Shown piece by piece: positions 61,739 through 64,000 of a stretch of DNA of 64,000 nt. Origin of the DNA: Patellaria atrata CBS 101060 (Eukaryota); contig MU006097.1 of NCBI GenBank assembly GCA_010093705.1, forward strand, positions 73,905-137,904, in the 5' to 3' direction. Both the position numbers and the translations under genes were made by a program. The stretch's first letter is position 1. Each line of letters begins with the position of its first letter. The notes beneath the pieces are model-generated. The model searched no databases. It was not told where the DNA came from and was given only the letters and a program-made list of their open reading frames with translations.

Positions 61739-63314
61739 TCGAGAATACTGGGATCACTTATGGGAGGTCTGGAAAGGCAACGACCAGTGGCCCCCGGGGT
61801 CCCTATATTAAATTCCAGATCGGAAGCCCCCACGCAGACCAAACCGATTTTTCCCGTCGTATCTGGGGTAAATAGGCCTTGTGACACGCAGGACGCAGGT
61901 TCACAGGCTGCAGCTTTCCCGTGCCCAGCCGATAGAGGAATGTTTTGATAGGTTCTCAAGTTAAGGGGCGTAAGGAGCTTTGAACTATATGATCACAGCT
62001 GGTACGTAAGAAGGCGCGAATGGGATGGTTAGCAATGGTGATTACTTATAATTTATATTGAACTGGTGGGACGTCAACCCAGGTGGAGTGTCGCGAAGGG
62101 TTACTATGACGGGAAGAGAAAATAGCGTTCATTCATGGGTAGAACCAAAATTTCTAGGTAGCGATGCACGTGGACGTCAGAATTCATTGTTCACCCAATA
62201 ACAAAAAGTACGGGTGTAGCGAAACCGCTTAGCACACAAAAAAGTGAAAATAAGCACAATCCTGAGTAACAATGATTGGATATATCAACGAGTTTTCTGA
62301 GTGTTGGGAGATTGGGCGACGACCGCGAAGAGGTAAAGGAAAGGCGGGGCAATACAGTGGTAGGAATACTCCGTTCCTTTTATTAGAAAGAGACCTTATA
62401 AAGTAGTTACTCTATACACAGGGGTTTTATTCTTATATAAAGCTTGTAGATATGCATCTGCAGCCTGCGAAGGTGATCATACCTCGCAGAAATGTAGTTT
62501 TAGGTCGCAGAAAACTACCTTAGCTGAGGTCACGATCAAGAACTCTTTGACGGTCCAGTAACTGCTCTGTTACCTTACGTTTACTCTAGGCACCTATCAA
62601 GGTGGTAATTTTCATTGTATAGTATAGGTACCTCCACTTAAGCGCTTGTAGACAGTTTCAAGACAGAGTTAGGGACTATTACTAAGTTAAATAGCCAAGG
62701 TACAGAGTACCTCTACTCAATCCGACATTCTATAATACAGGTTACCTACGAGTAAACCCTAGAACTAACGACGTCAAGGTCTACTCATACTTCCAGGTTA
62801 CCTTTTAGTCTCCTTATTACCGTCTGTGTCCTGCAGAAATAGTAACAGTTTGGCACAGGCTCTCGGTATTTTGATGAAGTTGAAAATAATCAAAATTAAA
62901 AGGAATCCTAAGATACCTTGCCTTGCTTCCATTACCATGCTTAACAAGATGACGTGCACTTTCCACTTCTCTTCACGGAAAGCTTCTGGTGAGGTCGGGA
63001 GGTGAGTCGTGAGTTCTCGCTTGCCTGAGCGGACCGCCGTCGAGATCCGCCCTAGTTCTAGTTCCCAAGCTTGGCCTGCATGTGCTGCGTTGGAGTAACA
63101 GAGGGAGCTTCAACCTCCGCCGTCAACATTTGAAACCAGAGCTATTAACCAACTCAACTCATCCCACTTTGTGTTGCCCCATCGATATACATACCCGATC
63201 TGAGCCCATACCAATAGAACTTTCGCCTATCGCTATCGGTCCGGCCTTGCAGCTAGCTTGCAAGACGACGTCTCACTCTCGGTCCGCCGGCCTACTTGGC
63301 CTCCATTCAACAGT

Positions 63315-64000
63315 ATGGGCGTATCGTCCTTCTGTTCAGGCCTCTTTTCTCTTTGCTGTGGAGGTATTATGCTTCTTTCCCTCCACTTCGCTCCTGTAAC
63401 CGCTGATCTTCCCAATAGGCTCCTCTAAAGATGGCCTATACGATCCAGTGCTCGCTGATAGCGAACGCGAAGCCGTTGCAGACCTCCTAGGCTATCTCGA
63501 GAATGTATTACCTCCAATCATTGCTTTCATACGAATCATGAACTGATATCTTGTTATAGAGAGCTGATACCGACTTCTTCTCTGGCGAACCTCTGCAAGC
63601 ATTAAGCACCTTAGTCTATTCCGAGAATCTTGATCTACAACGAAGCGCCAGCTTGACATTCGCAGAAATAACGGAACGAGGTTCGACACATCCACCGGTC
63701 TATCGATATTATAACATCTAACTGTTTCTGGTATTATAGATGTACGCGAAGTTGACGAAAACACGCTGAACCCGATACTATTTCTCCTCCAGAATAGTGA
63801 TATAGAAGTACAAAGAGCAGCAAGCGCCGCCCTTGGGAACCTGGCTGTTAACAGTATGGACCGATACTAACGACTTGGAGAGAGTTGCTGACAGTTTGTA
63901 GACGAGAACAAAGTGAGGATTGTGGCTCTAGGAGGTTTACAGCCACTCATCAAACAGATGAATTCGACAAATGTTGAAGTTCAGTGTAATGCGGTGGGCT
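63315..64000 (+). CDS. VAC8: vacuolar armadillo-repeat protein Vac8 (3'-truncated)
   Basis: [45 protein letters not shown]|...[35 protein letters not shown]...[15 protein letters not shown]; Gly2 and Cys acylation sites. Confidence 0.95.

Noticed and set aside
1..64000. CRISPR arrays, intact transposons, rRNA genes
   Set aside because: Eukaryotic locus with no regularly spaced repeats, transposase/RT motifs or rRNA signatures seen.

Overview
Gene-dense, intron-containing fungal nuclear DNA (filamentous ascomycete/Pezizomycotina-type, with 50-100 nt GT-AG introns and CTAAC/CTRAY branch points). About 20 protein genes can be reconstructed: EBP2 (partial), POL12, a Pdr16-like CRAL/TRIO protein, STE50, SUS1, RPS29, APC13, a DUF4211-like protein, a phosducin-like protein next to the G-protein beta subunit, an adenosine-deaminase-like protein, DNF3 P4-ATPase, MUB1/SamB, a CorA-family transporter, DUG3, MRT4, ASE1, two hypothetical proteins, an Nnk1-like kinase and VAC8 (partial). 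The most interesting signals are non-coding. (1) The stretch downstream of ASE1 that lacks credible ORFs holds, on the minus strand, a ~1.4 kb candidate telomerase RNA with a CUAACCCUA template, template-boundary hairpin, long-range enclosing helices, a pseudoknot, CR4/5-like candidates and an AUAAGU/branch-point 3' end. (2) Two unrelated-looking ~170-190 nt loci (2319-2507 +, 13851-14022 -) carry tRNA-type A/B boxes and oligo-T terminators but cannot fold as cloverleaves; in both, the A box is base-paired to its own complement. Several stop-interrupted relic ORFs lie in intergenic gaps, and there is one 100-N assembly gap. All pairings and splice models were derived by eye, and no database search was run.
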